Source: Candidatus Latescibacterota bacterium
Lineage (GTDB): Bacteria; Latescibacterota; UBA2968; UBA8231
DNA: 64,000 nucleotides
Reading direction: 5' to 3'
Assembly (NCBI GenBank): GCA_965197905.1
Contig: CBDAOB010000005.1
Coordinates: 256,001-320,000 of the forward strand
This document shows, one piece after another, positions 49,514-61,278 of the stretch. A program made the translations under genes and the position numbers. Each line of letters begins with the position of its first letter. The first letter of the stretch is position 1. The notes beneath the pieces were generated by a model, which saw only the letters and a program-made list of their open reading frames with translations, did not search any database and was not told the origin of the DNA.

Positions 49514-49866
49514 TTCGTCGGGACAGAGGCCGTAGATGACTGCTCCAAAGTGGGGCGTAAGGAGCAAACCGTGCCCGCGAGACATGCTGAAGCACATTGG
49601 TAAACTCACGATCAAACCAGCACTAAGTCCTACGGACTGATCACACAACCTGTATTCTCAGCCCTTCCATTTGGGGCCTTACTTGCTGTTTGATTGAGGT
49701 TGGGCTCCAGCGCGATTTTATGCTAGCGTGCGCACCCGGGCGAAAACGGTTGGTTGAGTTTGGAAACTGCCGTTACGTGGCCCCAGCTTCACGCAGAAGT
49801 CTGGCCACCTCATTATGATCACTGGCCCAAGCCAGAGGCAGCGTGGTTCTTAAGCCTTGATCAAAA

Positions 49867-51363
49867 TTACATCGACTCCGAACCAGACTCTATAGGCAAG
49901 CTGATCGTCACCTCCGTACCCTTTCCCACCTCGCTCTCGATCTGGATCTCTCCCTGGTGATCCTGGATAATCCTGTAGTCCGTGGACAATCCCAAACCCA
50001 TTTTCACCCGAAGATCGGTGGCGTGAAAATCAAAGTCGAAGATGCGTTCCAACTGCTCCGGCGGAATTCCCACGCCTGTGTCGCTGATCTGGACATAGAC
50101 TTTGTCATCGGCCTCAAAGGTACTGACGCTTATCTCTCCTCTTTCCTCTATAGCCTGGAGCGCGTTTTTGAGCAGGTGCATGAAGACCTGGTTCAGCTGT
50201 CCGGGAGAACAGTAGATCGGTGGGATGTCCCCGTATTTCTTGACCACGGTGATGTTTTCACCGATCCGGTTTTGCAGCAGCGTCAACGCGCTATCGATCC
50301 CCACGTGAAGACCTACCACCTGGAACTCGGCTTCGTCCAGCCGGGCGAAATCCCGCAGACTGCCGACAATGCTGCCCACCCGTTCGGCACCGCTGGCCAT
50401 CACCCGGCTGGCATCGGCTATTACCTTGAAGACCGATTGAATAGTCTTATCATCTTTATATTTGGGAAAGGTCCTCTCCAGCGTTTGGTTCAGTTTATCT
50501 GTTGCCCGGGTCAGCGTGTCGTGCATGCTGCTGATGGCCCCCAGCGGCGTGTTCATCTCGTGTGCCACGCCGGCCACCAGATCGCCTAAAGAGGCCATCT
50601 TCTCCTGCAGGACCAGTTGGTTCTGCGTTTCTTTGAGCAGGCGCAGATTCTCTTCCAGTGCCCGGTTCTGCTCCTCCAACCGCTGAAAATCGAGATAGCG
50701 CACATAGCCCAATGACAGGGCATCGGTCAGTTCCTGGACGATGGTCAGGTGCTCTTCCACTCGCGTGGATTCTATAAAGGCGACGACGCCATGCTCGAAG
50801 GGCACATAGTTAAAGGCCCATTCGGCTCTTTCGGGTATTGGATAAGGCCGGTCCAGGCCCCAGGGCTCGGTCAACGCCTTAAACCTTGACGCATAGTCCT
50901 CGCCGCTGACCGCAACAGTTATCACTTCTCCTCGGCGCCACGAATCGATCATTATTTGATCCCTTGAACTGGGCAATTCCACTTCCCCTACCACTATCTC
51001 TTCATTGAACTCAAACAAGTGGGACGAAGTCCATGAGATGCTGAACTTTCTCGGGTTGTGGAAGGCGTAGTAGCGTCTTCTAACATGAACACCATCCTCA
51101 TCCTCTTCCAAGAATCGAATGGTGGGTCCCAAGTTCTCAATTCCCAGATTCACCATCTCCTCCCACATCATTCCCATTACCTTGAGGAGATCATCGCTGG
51201 ACCGCATGGCCATAGCCTCTGACCGCATCCGCTCTACAGCCAGTCTGCGGTTCACCGAAGGCACATCGCCTTTTGGTACCTGCTGGCGCAATTCAGCGTG
51301 GTCTCGGCGCAACGCTTCCAGTTGGGCGATGAGTTGCTTCTGGGTTTTCTCCACGTCTTTCAA
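49867..51363 (-). CDS. Cytoplasmic sensor histidine kinase
   Basis: QEKMASLG.LVAGVAHEMNTP H-box, QLNQVF..LLKNA, DTGVGI, GLGL, GKGT. Confidence 0.9.
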   Translation of the reverse strand: MKDVEKTQKQLIAQLEALRRDHAELRQQVPKGDVPSVNRRLAVERMRSEAMAMRSSDDLLKVMGMMWEEMVNLGIENLGPTIRFLEEDEDGVHVRRRYYAFHNPRKFSISWTSSHLFEFNEEIVVGEVELPSSRDQIMIDSWRRGEVITVAVSGEDYASRFKALTEPWGLDRPYPIPERAEWAFNYVPFEHGVVAFIESTRVEEHLTIVQELTDALSLGYVRYLDFQRLEEQNRALEENLRLLKETQNQLVLQEKMASLGDLVAGVAHEMNTPLGAISSMHDTLTRATDKLNQTLERTFPKYKDDKTIQSVFKVIADASRVMASGAERVGSIVGSLRDFARLDEAEFQVVGLHVGIDSALTLLQNRIGENITVVKKYGDIPPIYCSPGQLNQVFMHLLKNALQAIEERGEISVSTFEADDKVYVQISDTGVGIPPEQLERIFDFDFHATDLRVKMGLGLSTDYRIIQDHQGEIQIESEVGKGTEVTISLPIESGSESM

Positions 51364-51408
51364 GCTAAACAACCTTGCTTTTGGGCTGCATGGCCTCTAG
51401 TGGTCACT

Positions 51409-51960
51409 TCACGATTGCAAAAGTGCTTCCACATCTATGGTGATCAGCACATCATCGCTGACGACAACACCGCCTTTATCCATCGGCGCGTTCCAACTTA
51501 CACCAAAATCGTGGCGGTTAATCGTGGTCTCAGCGACGAATCCAGCGCGTGGCATGGGACCCTTGTCAACACCATCTTCCCAAAATGGCGTGTCCCACTG
51601 GCCTAAGTATCGCACGTCTAAAGTGACCTTCCGCGTTATGCCACGAATCGTTAAATCACCTATGACTTTGAAGTCATTCGTACTGGTGAGTTGAATTTGG
51701 TTGCCGGAGAACGTGATCTTCGGGTGGTTTTCGACATCCAAAAAATCACTTTGACGTAGGTGGTCGTCCCGGTCTTCGTCTCCCGACCAGAGCGAGGCCG
51801 CATCAATCTCTGCCTCAACAGAAAAAGTGAGAGGATTTTCTGGATCAAATTCCATCGTGCCCTCAATATTCTTGAAGCACCCACGAATCCAAGTGACCAT
51901 CATGTGTCGGGCGCAAAATTCTGCGGCTGTATGTCCGGGTTCAAATACCCATTTTGCCAT
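51409..51960 (-). CDS. YceI family protein
   Basis: H..AEF.ARHMM...RG.F, RDDHLR..DF.D, GDLTIRGIT, INRHDFG. Confidence 0.92.
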   Translation of the reverse strand: MAKWVFEPGHTAAEFCARHMMVTWIRGCFKNIEGTMEFDPENPLTFSVEAEIDAASLWSGDEDRDDHLRQSDFLDVENHPKITFSGNQIQLTSTNDFKVIGDLTIRGITRKVTLDVRYLGQWDTPFWEDGVDKGPMPRAGFVAETTINRHDFGVSWNAPMDKGGVVVSDDVLITIDVEALLQS

Positions 51961-52010
51961 GACTATTCCTCATCATGTTGTCCGACGTGCTTACCAGTGT
52001 GTTTGAAAGG

Positions 52011-52202
52011 TTAGGCTTTGATTTCTTCGCGAACCACATTGTAATCTACGCCGAACTCCTCCAAGACCTGGCAAGCTGCTCCTTCTCGATCTCTGAATAG
52101 CGCAAGCAAAAGTTGATCCCCTTCGACTACGTGACTCTGCATCTTTCTTGCTTCCTCAACTGCCGCTTCCAGAACTTGCTTTGCCCTTGGAGTATGATGC
52201 AT
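52011..52202 (-). pseudogene. Clp N-terminal repeat fragment
   Basis: TPRAKQVLE.A.EEA......HV....LLLAL..EGAA..VL. Confidence 0.6.
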
Positions 52203-53220
52203 TCCCGCAGCACTATGGGCGCCACCCGACGGATATACGTAACTATCAATCGATTTCTTCAGCTTGGCTTACACATTTAATATCGGCGCCTAGTTCATCG
52301 CGGCCCGGAAAATTCGATCTCCCGCTCGCCCTTTCTCCGTCACCTCCAGCCTAACCATCAGCTCCGCTCCTTCATTATAGTAGTGTTTAGCAACATTCCC
52401 GTTTTCAATCCGCGTCTATATTAACTCGACGAAGTCGTCTTCCTGCGCCTCGTCGGCGAACTCCATTCCTATCTTCTGCTTGCCCCAATCGAGATACGTC
52501 CGCCTGAACATGCGTGCCCGGCCAGCGTCAATTTCGCGCTTGTCCGTGCCGCGTGGATTTTTGTTCGGTTCGGGCTTGGAAGGCATGCCGGAAAGGTAGG
52601 AAGCCGGCGAGGGCGGTTCAATTGCGGGAGATACGGGCGTTGGAGCTGGTTTCGGGACGAGGTTGAGTGAGCCCGCGCCTCCGGGGCTTTCGGATCGTAC
52701 CACTACTGGTTCGCGGCACGTAGATAACGACGCATGTGCCACGCAAACTCGGACTCAATCTCATCCTTCTGGCCATTTGTGCCGGTGATCTGCAGCCTTA
52801 CCAAGGCTTGGGTGGCCATGTGAAAAGGTTTTCGGCATTACGGTCTTTTACAAACCTTTCCTTGTTACCGGCAAATCTGTTAGTTCTGATCGACCCTATG
52901 TTTGGACAGATCTAAGTGGGGACTCCGAGGAGAGCAGATGTGCGTTCTCGGGGCCCCACCAAATTGCTTATCTTTAGTAAGAAAAAATATCGCCTCCTTT
53001 TGCGACACCTATCCCGATGCCTTCTGAATTATTGCTCTGAATTTGACTCGTACATTGTCTCTGCGACATCGGAAAACAAACGACAGAATAATTCAACTCG
53101 TGACTTTGCGAAAAGCCGCATGACCAAACGAAAGAGCTTAGGAGTGAAAAGTCTCCTTTTGGTAAAGGACCAAGGCACTTGGATAAAGCGCGAGAAGGTC
53201 AAACGCATGGCCAGTGGCGG

Positions 53221-56200
53221 ATGAAAGTCCTTATAAGTTTTATTCTAATCGGCTTGCGGACAGTGTTCGGACAATCATCGCAAGTCAAGACACCTGAAGC
53301 GCATGCCGAGCTGCCCAACTCCCCGGCACAGTCCCCGCGCTTCGAGAAGATCGCGACAGGGTTCGATTTATACGCGATCCTTCAAGATCGGGACGGCTTT
53401 TTGTGGTTGGCCACGCAGAGTGGACTGGTCAAGTACAACGGCTACGATTTCCACCGTTACTCCGCTGGCGAGCACTCCATCACCGGAAACTTCGTGAACG
53501 CCCTCTACGAGGACAGCGAGGGTATCCTTTGGATCGGCACCACAAGCGGGCTCTGCTCTTACGACAAGGCGAGCGACCGGTTCACTCAATACAAGCACGA
53601 TCCCCGGCAGCCCGAAAGCATCAGCAACGACAACATCCTGATGTTCCAGGCGATCGTCGAGGATCGCGATGGAGCGATATGGGTCGGGACCTCAGACGGG
53701 TTGAACCGGTACGATAAGAGTGAGAAGCGCTTCACCCGTTACAGTAGCGACCCGACCGACTCCGCAAAGCTCATCGATAACTTCATAAGCGCGATAATCC
53801 GGGACCGACATGACTTCCTTTGGATCGGCACGAAACACGGTTTGCATAAGTTCGATCCCACCAAGGGGATCGTTGTCGAGCGATACCCGAGCCAGCGTGA
53901 CGACCCGATGAGTCTGCATGGCATCAACGTCACCGCCCTCATGGAGGACAGCGAAGGAAAGATCTGGGTGGGAACCCATGAGGACGGGCTGCAGAGGCTC
54001 GACCCTGTCACTCGGACCGTGACGCACTATGTCGCCGGCTCCGAGCGTGCATCCAGCCTGAGTAGCAATTTTGTCTATTCGATGATCGAGTTGCCGGACG
54101 GCAAGCTGTGGATCACGACGTTTGGGGGCGGACTCAACATATTCGACCCCGACACCGAGACGTTTTCGCCCTACCAGTACAACTCCGAGGCCAACGATCC
54201 CGATGGCATCAGCAGCAACCTGCTGGGGGACATCGTCATGGACAACTCGGGCGCGGTATGGATTGCCACCCTGGACGGCGAGATCAATCGATACGACCCG
54301 AAGGGGCCGAGGTTCCAGACGGTGCGGCATGTGCCCGGCGTACATAACAGTGTGAGCAAAGGATCGTATATCGGCCAGATCATCGAGGATCGCACCGGCG
54401 TAGTGTGGATTGCCGTAGGGGGGGCGGGGCTGGACCGCTACGACCGCAAGACCGGCGTGTTTACGCACTACCGCCACGTTCCGGACGACCCCGAGAGCCT
54501 GCCGGAATCGTACGGGCACGCGCTCATCGAGGATACGCAGGGAAACCTATGGATGACGTCGATGAATTGGATCGTCCTCGTCGACCGGGAGACGGGCAAA
54601 GCAAAAAAGACCTATCCTGCCAGGGCCTGGCCGCACAGCCCCATCGAGGACCGCGGCGATCCGGATATCCTCTGGTTTGGCACCGGCGGCTTGGGGCTGC
54701 TGAAATTTCACAAGCCCACGGGGGAAACGACCTATTTCGAACCGGATCCTTCATCCGAGACGAGCGTCAGCGTTGGCGTCGCGCTCTCCATCTACCAGGA
54801 CGATGAGGGCTTCATCTGGATTGCGTCGCTGGGAGGCGGACTCGACCGATTTGACCCGCGTACCGGTAAGGTTGTAGCCCAAGTACAAACACAACCCTGA
54901 CGATCCGACAACGCTCGCCAGCAACACCCTGTACCAATTCTTCAGGGATTCGTCGGGTACCTATTGGATCGGCAGTGAAGCCGGGCTGAACCGTTTCGAT
55001 CCCAACACCGGGACGTTTCGCCGCTTCTCCGAGCGCGATGGCACGTTTCCGATGAGCTCGGCCGGGCAGATCGCGGAGTATCCGAGAGGCCAGCTATGGA
55101 TAGGCGGTGACGGGGGAATCGTCCGCTTCGATCCCGATACCGGCGATGCTCAGCTCTACAGAGTGGACTTTCACATCGGGGCTTTTCGGCCGCTGGTCAC
55201 CGAGGACGGTGAGCTCTGGTTCTATGAAGACAACACCATCATCCGCTTTCACCCCGAGGCGATCACAGATGAGACCACCTCCACCTCTATCCCGGTGTAC
55301 ATTACCTCGCTCACGCAGCGCGGTAAGCCGCTCAATCTGGGCGCTGCGTCCGAGAAAAGCCGATCGATCCATCTCGATTGGCGAAGCAACTTCTTCGAGT
55401 TCGAGTTCGCCGGGCTGGACTACCAGAGGGTCGGTGACATTCAGTACCGCTATCGGCTCGAAGGCGTCGACAAGAATTGGTACGAAGCCGGCACCACACG
55501 GCGTGGTCGCTACACCAGCTTGCAGGGAGGAACCTATGCGCTCCAGGTTATGGCGACCAACAAAGACGGCCAATGGAGTGACCACATCGCCGAGCTGAGC
55601 GTCGTCGTAGACCGACCGCCCTGGCAAACCTGGTGGTTTAGGATTGTTGCAGGTGCATCCGTTTTGGCTTTGGCGTTTGGCGGCTACAGAAGAAGGATAA
55701 GGAATATTGAGACCCGAAAGAAACAACTTGAAATTCAGGTAGCAGAACAAACCAAAGAGATACGAGATACGCAGGTGCAGTTGGTGCAATCAGAAAAGAT
55801 GGCGGCGTTGGGAAAGCTTACCGCAGGCATTGTTCATGAAATTAATACGCCGGTAGGTGCGCTCAAAAGTACAGTGGACACCATGAGTCGATGCGGCGCT
55901 AAAATAAATCAAATTTTGGAAAACAGTAGCACTCTTGCTGAACTCAAAGATAACAGCGTCTATCAGAAGTCTCTTCAAATCCTCGAAGAAAATCGTCAGG
56001 TCGCATCATCGGCCGGTGAAAGAATTGTGAAAGTTGTAACTAGCTTGCGAAATTTTACCAGACTGGATGAAGCCGAATTAGAAAGGGCAGACATTCATGA
56101 AGGGTTGGATAGCGCCTTGACGTTAATCCAACACGAGATGAAAGAGAGCGTGGGCGTTGAAAAAAATTATTGTGATATTCCAGAGATTCGATGTTATCCA

Positions 56201-56542
56201 GCCGATCTCAATCAAGTTTTCATGACTTTATTGCGGAATGCAGCGCAAGCGATTGAAAATAAGGGTACCATCACAATCAAAACATCTTCAGAGGAAAATA
56301 ATGTGCGTGTTCAAATCTCAGATACGGGTAAAGGCATGCCCCCAGAAAAAATAAAGACGCTTTTCGACGTAGGTTTTACAACAAAGGACACCAGAGTCGG
56401 GATGGCCATGGGCCTAAGTAATGCGTACAACATAATTCAAAACCATGAAGGTGAGCTAAAGGTAGAAAGTGAAGTAGGCAAAGGCAGCACTTTCACGATT
56501 ATTTTGCCGATGGATTTGAAAGAAACTCTCAAAACTGTGTAA
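53221..56542 (+). pseudogene. Two-component regulator propeller + Y_Y_Y + histidine kinase, frameshift near 54880 (possibly sequencing error)
   Basis: ED..G.LWIGT..GL propeller repeats, QYRYRLEG.D..W, PPWQTWWF TM, HEINTP, N/G boxes. Confidence 0.85.
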
Positions 56543-56802
56543 ACTTCATTGGCGGTTTTCGAATGGCTACCTCAAATCGTCCAATCTATCCACAAGATAT
56601 TGGGGCTACTCACAGTAATTCCGGATGGCCTGAAAGGGGTGACCTGGTGGCCATCTTTCCGGTGCAAAGCTGGCACTATTTGAGGCAGGTGATTGAATTT
56701 GTATAATGTTTTCGGGATGCGAGCCAATTGAGAGCAACCCTGAGAAATAGGTATTAATTACATATTTTGGTCTTAGCTAGGTCCTAGTAGACCTACGGGG
56801 TC

Positions 56803-58148
56803 ATGACGGACAATACCACCAAGGAACCCGCCGACGAAGAGATCGCACTGGTTGTTCAGCAACCGGGCGAACAGCAGGCGGCTGTGTTTCAGTTACTCGA
56901 CGTGATGTTGAGTTTCCTGTACGGGTTCAACATCAAGACGGTGGAACGCATTGCCGACGCTAGCCCACTATTGATGGAGCGTGCCAAGCAGGTGCGCTGT
57001 GTCTTCGTGGTCCATGACGAGAAGATCACTAATACCACGAGTCTCACTGCCCTCTCGCTTCGAGGCTCGATTCCGGTGTTTCTCCTCGTGCCCCGAACAC
57101 TGCTCGAACATCACGCGGAAATATCCAAGAACGCCAGGAACGTTTTTGCCTTTGCCTTCGAAAACGTCTCTGACAGAGCCGATCCCTCTTTCCGTGAGTT
57201 AGTCGACGACGTCTTCGAGCGCAACGGCATCGCTGGCCTGTTCGACGGGGCGCGGCACCTCTCCTTTCGCGTTTTGCAGCAACGGGTTCAACGACGGTTA
57301 AAAAACCTGAACACCTTGCCGACGCTGCCAGCGATCATCCTGCGGATCATGAAACTGCTAAACGATCCCGAGTCCACGGCCGCGGACCTCGAGGAGGTTC
57401 TGCTCACCGACGCATCGATCGTACATAAATTAATTCAGCTTGTGAATACGCCGATTTTTGCCGGGCCGGGACACAAGGGAGAGTGGACACTGGGGGAGGC
57501 GATCGTGCGCCTGGGACGCAAGAAGATCGCCAGTATGGCGGTGCAGATTAAGCTAATCAATACTCTGGTCAAGCCCGAGGAAAGCAAGTTCGACCTGCAG
57601 CGGTTCTGGCGGCATTCGGTCGGCACGGCGATGCTGGCGGACAAGATCTATCTAGATCAGATGGTCCACGTGGACAACTGGGAGGAGTGCGACAACTATT
57701 GGCTTGCCGCGCTGCTGCACGACATCGGCAAACTCATACTTGGTTTTTTCTTTTGGAATTACTTCGAAAAGGTACTCGGACAGATGGATGGGACGACGCG
57801 GTCCTTCAGCGATGCGGAGACGCGCATGGGCGACACGGCCACCCACGAACAGATCGGAAAGCTGTTGCAATCAGGACGAACATGTCGCAGGAAGTGGTCA
57901 GCGCCGTGGCCAATCACTCCGATCCCGAACAGCTTCCCACTCCGCTGGTCAGTCTGGTCCACTTGAGTGACCAGATCTGTAAAGATCTAGGCCTGGGTTA
58001 CGTGAGTGGCGAACGCGGCGAGTACAGCGATTCGGTACTCCGAGCCCTAGGCCTCGACTCCGCCGGACTCGACCGATTGCGCGAGCAGCTGCGCGAGAGC
58101 ATGGTCGACGAGATCATGGATGTCGTGGAGCGCTGCACGACCGTATAG
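56803..58148 (+). pseudogene. HDOD domain protein, frameshift near 57868
   Basis: LPTLP, AIVRLG, FWRHS, LLHDIGK, HEQIG, continuing AVANH in another frame. Confidence 0.82.
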
Positions 58149-58302
58149 CTCCGATTAGCCATTTTCGGGGATCGCTCAGAGATATTATACCGTGTAGATT
58201 CGAGCCCTGCTTGAAGGCGACCGAGCTAGTCAAGACCTATGCCATTAGGTGCCAGGAGTAGGAGGGTTGGCAGACAGCAAGGCGCCGCGGCTCAGTGATG
58301 CG

Positions 58303-59331
58303 CTACACAAATTGGTCGTCAGAATCACCGCGGACGATCGTGACCTGACCTTGTTCTTCCAATTGCCGCACCTGCTGTACGATGCGTAGCTGTACTTCCT
58401 CTACCTCGCTCAGGCGCATGGGTCCCTGAAACTCCATCTCTTCTGTTATGAAGGTCCGAACACGCTCCGACATATTGCCGAGAACTTTGTCCTTGAGCTC
58501 GTCCTCGGCACTCTTGAGGGCCACTACCAGGTCCTTCTGATCCACTTCGCGCAACAGCGTCTGAATCTCCCGGTCGGTCAGTTTTACGATGTCGGCAAAC
58601 ACGAACATCAGGTTGCGAACTGCTTCCGCTATTTCGGGGTCCTGCGCATCCATTTGATCCAGCACACTCTTTTCTACACTCGAACCGGTGAGGTTTAGGA
58701 TATCAGCAACTACCTTGGGGCCACCGACATCCTGGTCGCCACCTAGCATGTCTCTTAAAGTTTGTTCGAGGGCTTCTTCAATTTCCTTTATCACGTTAGG
58801 CGTTATGTTCTCCATTGTGGCCAGGCGATAAGCAACATCAGCTTGTAAGCGCTCGGCCAGATTCGCTAAGATACCGGCTGCTTGGGCCGACTCCAACTGT
58901 GACAGTATCAGGGCAATCGTTTGCGGATGTTCATTGGAAATGAAGGGCGCGATCTGATCCGCGGCAACATTCTTGAGAATGTAGAACCCCGCTGAGACCT
59001 TGCTGCCCACGCGCTCCATAATCTCCTGCGCCCGGCGTGGCCCCACGGCCCGCTCCAACGCCGCCCGGGCAAAGTCTATGCCGCCCTGAGCAATCCATTC
59101 ACCCGCAGTCAGGTGCTGCTCAAATTCCTCGAGCACCTTGTCTATGATATCCGTGGAAATATTCTTGAGGGCGGCGATAGATTGGGTGATTTCCTCTATT
59201 TCGTAGTCGCTAAGATGCTTCATGACCTCGCCGGATACCTCTTCTCCTAAAGCCACCATCACGATACCCAACTTTTGGCGCATCGGAATATCAGGCTCTT
59301 CGTCCCCGGCAGTTTCATCAATTTCGGCCAT
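58303..59331 (-). CDS. fliG: Flagellar motor switch protein FliG (no flagellar neighbours in this window)
   Basis: GG.DFA...L, EHPQTIALIL, GG.K.VA.ILN, MFVF.D, ALK, NMSER, GP.RLS.VEE.Q..IV. Confidence 0.93.
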   Translation of the reverse strand: MAEIDETAGDEEPDIPMRQKLGIVMVALGEEVSGEVMKHLSDYEIEEITQSIAALKNISTDIIDKVLEEFEQHLTAGEWIAQGGIDFARAALERAVGPRRAQEIMERVGSKVSAGFYILKNVAADQIAPFISNEHPQTIALILSQLESAQAAGILANLAERLQADVAYRLATMENITPNVIKEIEEALEQTLRDMLGGDQDVGGPKVVADILNLTGSSVEKSVLDQMDAQDPEIAEAVRNLMFVFADIVKLTDREIQTLLREVDQKDLVVALKSAEDELKDKVLGNMSERVRTFITEEMEFQGPMRLSEVEEVQLRIVQQVRQLEEQGQVTIVRGDSDDQFV

Positions 59332-59432
59332 ATCCACGTCCAATTCGCATGTGAGATAAGCTGATAATCCACAAGCTAATCGAATTCGATTCAGTAAACA
59401 ATTCTGCGATTCGCTTCGCGGTAGAGACAACT

Positions 59433-59670
59433 TCAACGCTCGTGGGCAGCGTCACAACGCCATGAGATGGGAGGGTGACAATGGCAAAGCACGATGGAAT
59501 TACGCCACGAGCCTCTTCGCCCGATTGAGTCGACGAGATGGCACGCTGCCGAGTCTGTTCCCTTCGGACGCTTCTGCCATGCTATGCCATCTGTAGAAGT
59601 GGCGTAACCGATAATTCGGTCGTAGGTGCCTCCGGTCCAGGTACTGTACCGCATCTTGTAGGGTTCAAAA
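59433..59670 (-). pseudogene. Fragment of a five-bladed beta-propeller glycosidase-like gene
   Basis: EPYKMRY...IGYATSTDGIAWQK motif, then degenerates. Confidence 0.45.
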
Positions 59671-60138
59671 AATGAAGGCGTCCGATGATAGACTTTTAGT
59701 GCTCAAGTATTGTAAAATCAACAGGTTGGCTCGCCTCGTTTTCTTTGGGAAGAGCTAGTGCTCCAACTGACCCTGGTTAGTGGTACGAAGTTGTAACGAA
59801 AGAGAGCTGACAATCCCGTGCTGTTGATGTAGTATTTCTCGTCGAAGCGATGCAATACTGCGTGGGTCTCTGCTGTGCACTCCTGGGACCTTGGCTGCCA
59901 ACTCCAACGTCCAGAGTTGCCGAGGCGCCAGTTGCGACAGGTGTTTGCAGCGAACGACTTCGATCAACCGGGGCGCGTGCAGGCTGCCGAGAATCCCCCC
60001 AATAGGTATCTTTGAAACCGGCCTGACCGCGGCGAGATTCATCTCGAGCAGATGCTGACGCACCAGGACCCGAAGAGCTGGCGAAATTGAGGGCGAGCTC
60101 CTAGTGGTTCAGCCTTACTCACCGATACAGGAGGTCCG

Positions 60139-61182
60139 ATGGTTCCGAATCTCAGAGAGCCTCTTGACCCTGAAACTGTCTATCGCGCTGACCTGACCAA
60201 CGGAACGAAAGTGTCCGGGTGCGTTGTTCATCAAGACGACCAGCGCATCCGACTCAGGTTGAACGACGGTTTCGCAACCACGATTCCCTTGTCGCGGATT
60301 CACGCTCTGTCCGAAGGCGACGGATCAAATGTGATCCAGGCCTTACCGACCGATGCTAGATCGAAAGACTACAAGACACTTGCATTGAAGACCGTGCATG
60401 AAGTCACGATCCGCAAGAACCCGACGACGCAAGTACACCTGCGTGCCGTCGAATGGCCGGATCAGACCTTCCTGCTATGGTTTCCAGAAGCAGTCGTGCC
60501 TGGCGTGTGGAAGCAATGGGATGCTGAAGTGGCCCGCCAGGACTTCGTCACGAAGGAAGACGGCTCACTGGTTTGGACGAAGGACCTGCCCGGGATCGCG
60601 ATCTTGAAGGCGACACTGACCCCTGGCGATCATTCCGTGAATCTCGAAGTCCGAGTCAAAGCGGAACCAGATCACGAAATTCCGATGGCGGCGCCGGAGA
60701 TCTGCTTGCACTTTTCGGCGGCTCCCGAGTTTGCCTGCAACGACTACAGCCGGATCTTTGTTCGCGTCGAGAAGCAGTGGAGGTCACTGCTGGAGCTGCG
60801 AACTGCTCCGGGTGCACCGACGGAACAAAGCCCGGCCAGCGTCATCTATCGCGAGGAGCTTCTCAAGTCGGATCGACCAAATGTCTGGAAGGGCAGAATG
60901 GAGAAGCGGACGATGCCCGAACTTGCCGATCATCCCCTAATCGCTTGTGTTTCCAAGTCCGGCGATCGAACGGTCGCGACCGCTACGGAAGACTGTCTGG
61001 GACTCTTCCACAACCAGGGGATACCCTACTTGCTCTGTATTCACAGCGCTGAAGCCGGAGTTCGAATTCCCAAAGGAAAAGAGGCCGTATTCCGTCAGGT
61101 CATCTGGTTTGTTGATGGCGACGTCGAAAAAGCGGTCGCCGCATTCGATCGTGATGTTGCCGGCAAGATTCTGAATCCTTAG
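60139..61182 (+). CDS. Hypothetical protein
   Basis: 347-aa ORF with GGAGG RBS and coding-like codon use; no family recognised. Confidence 0.6.
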   Translation: MVPNLREPLDPETVYRADLTNGTKVSGCVVHQDDQRIRLRLNDGFATTIPLSRIHALSEGDGSNVIQALPTDARSKDYKTLALKTVHEVTIRKNPTTQVHLRAVEWPDQTFLLWFPEAVVPGVWKQWDAEVARQDFVTKEDGSLVWTKDLPGIAILKATLTPGDHSVNLEVRVKAEPDHEIPMAAPEICLHFSAAPEFACNDYSRIFVRVEKQWRSLLELRTAPGAPTEQSPASVIYREELLKSDRPNVWKGRMEKRTMPELADHPLIACVSKSGDRTVATATEDCLGLFHNQGIPYLLCIHSAEAGVRIPKGKEAVFRQVIWFVDGDVEKAVAAFDRDVAGKILNP

Positions 61183-61278
61183 GACGACCGCTCCTTTGGG
61201 CACAATAAGAGTAAGCGGATCTTGCTCCGCCTTTCACCGCCTTGCGCGGGTTGCACGCAACACTCACAATGAGAACTC

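Noticed and set aside
52416..53224. ORFs 52416-52742 and 52916-53224, and 59755-60063
   Set aside because: No recognisable motifs or RBS; likely degenerate or intergenic sequence.
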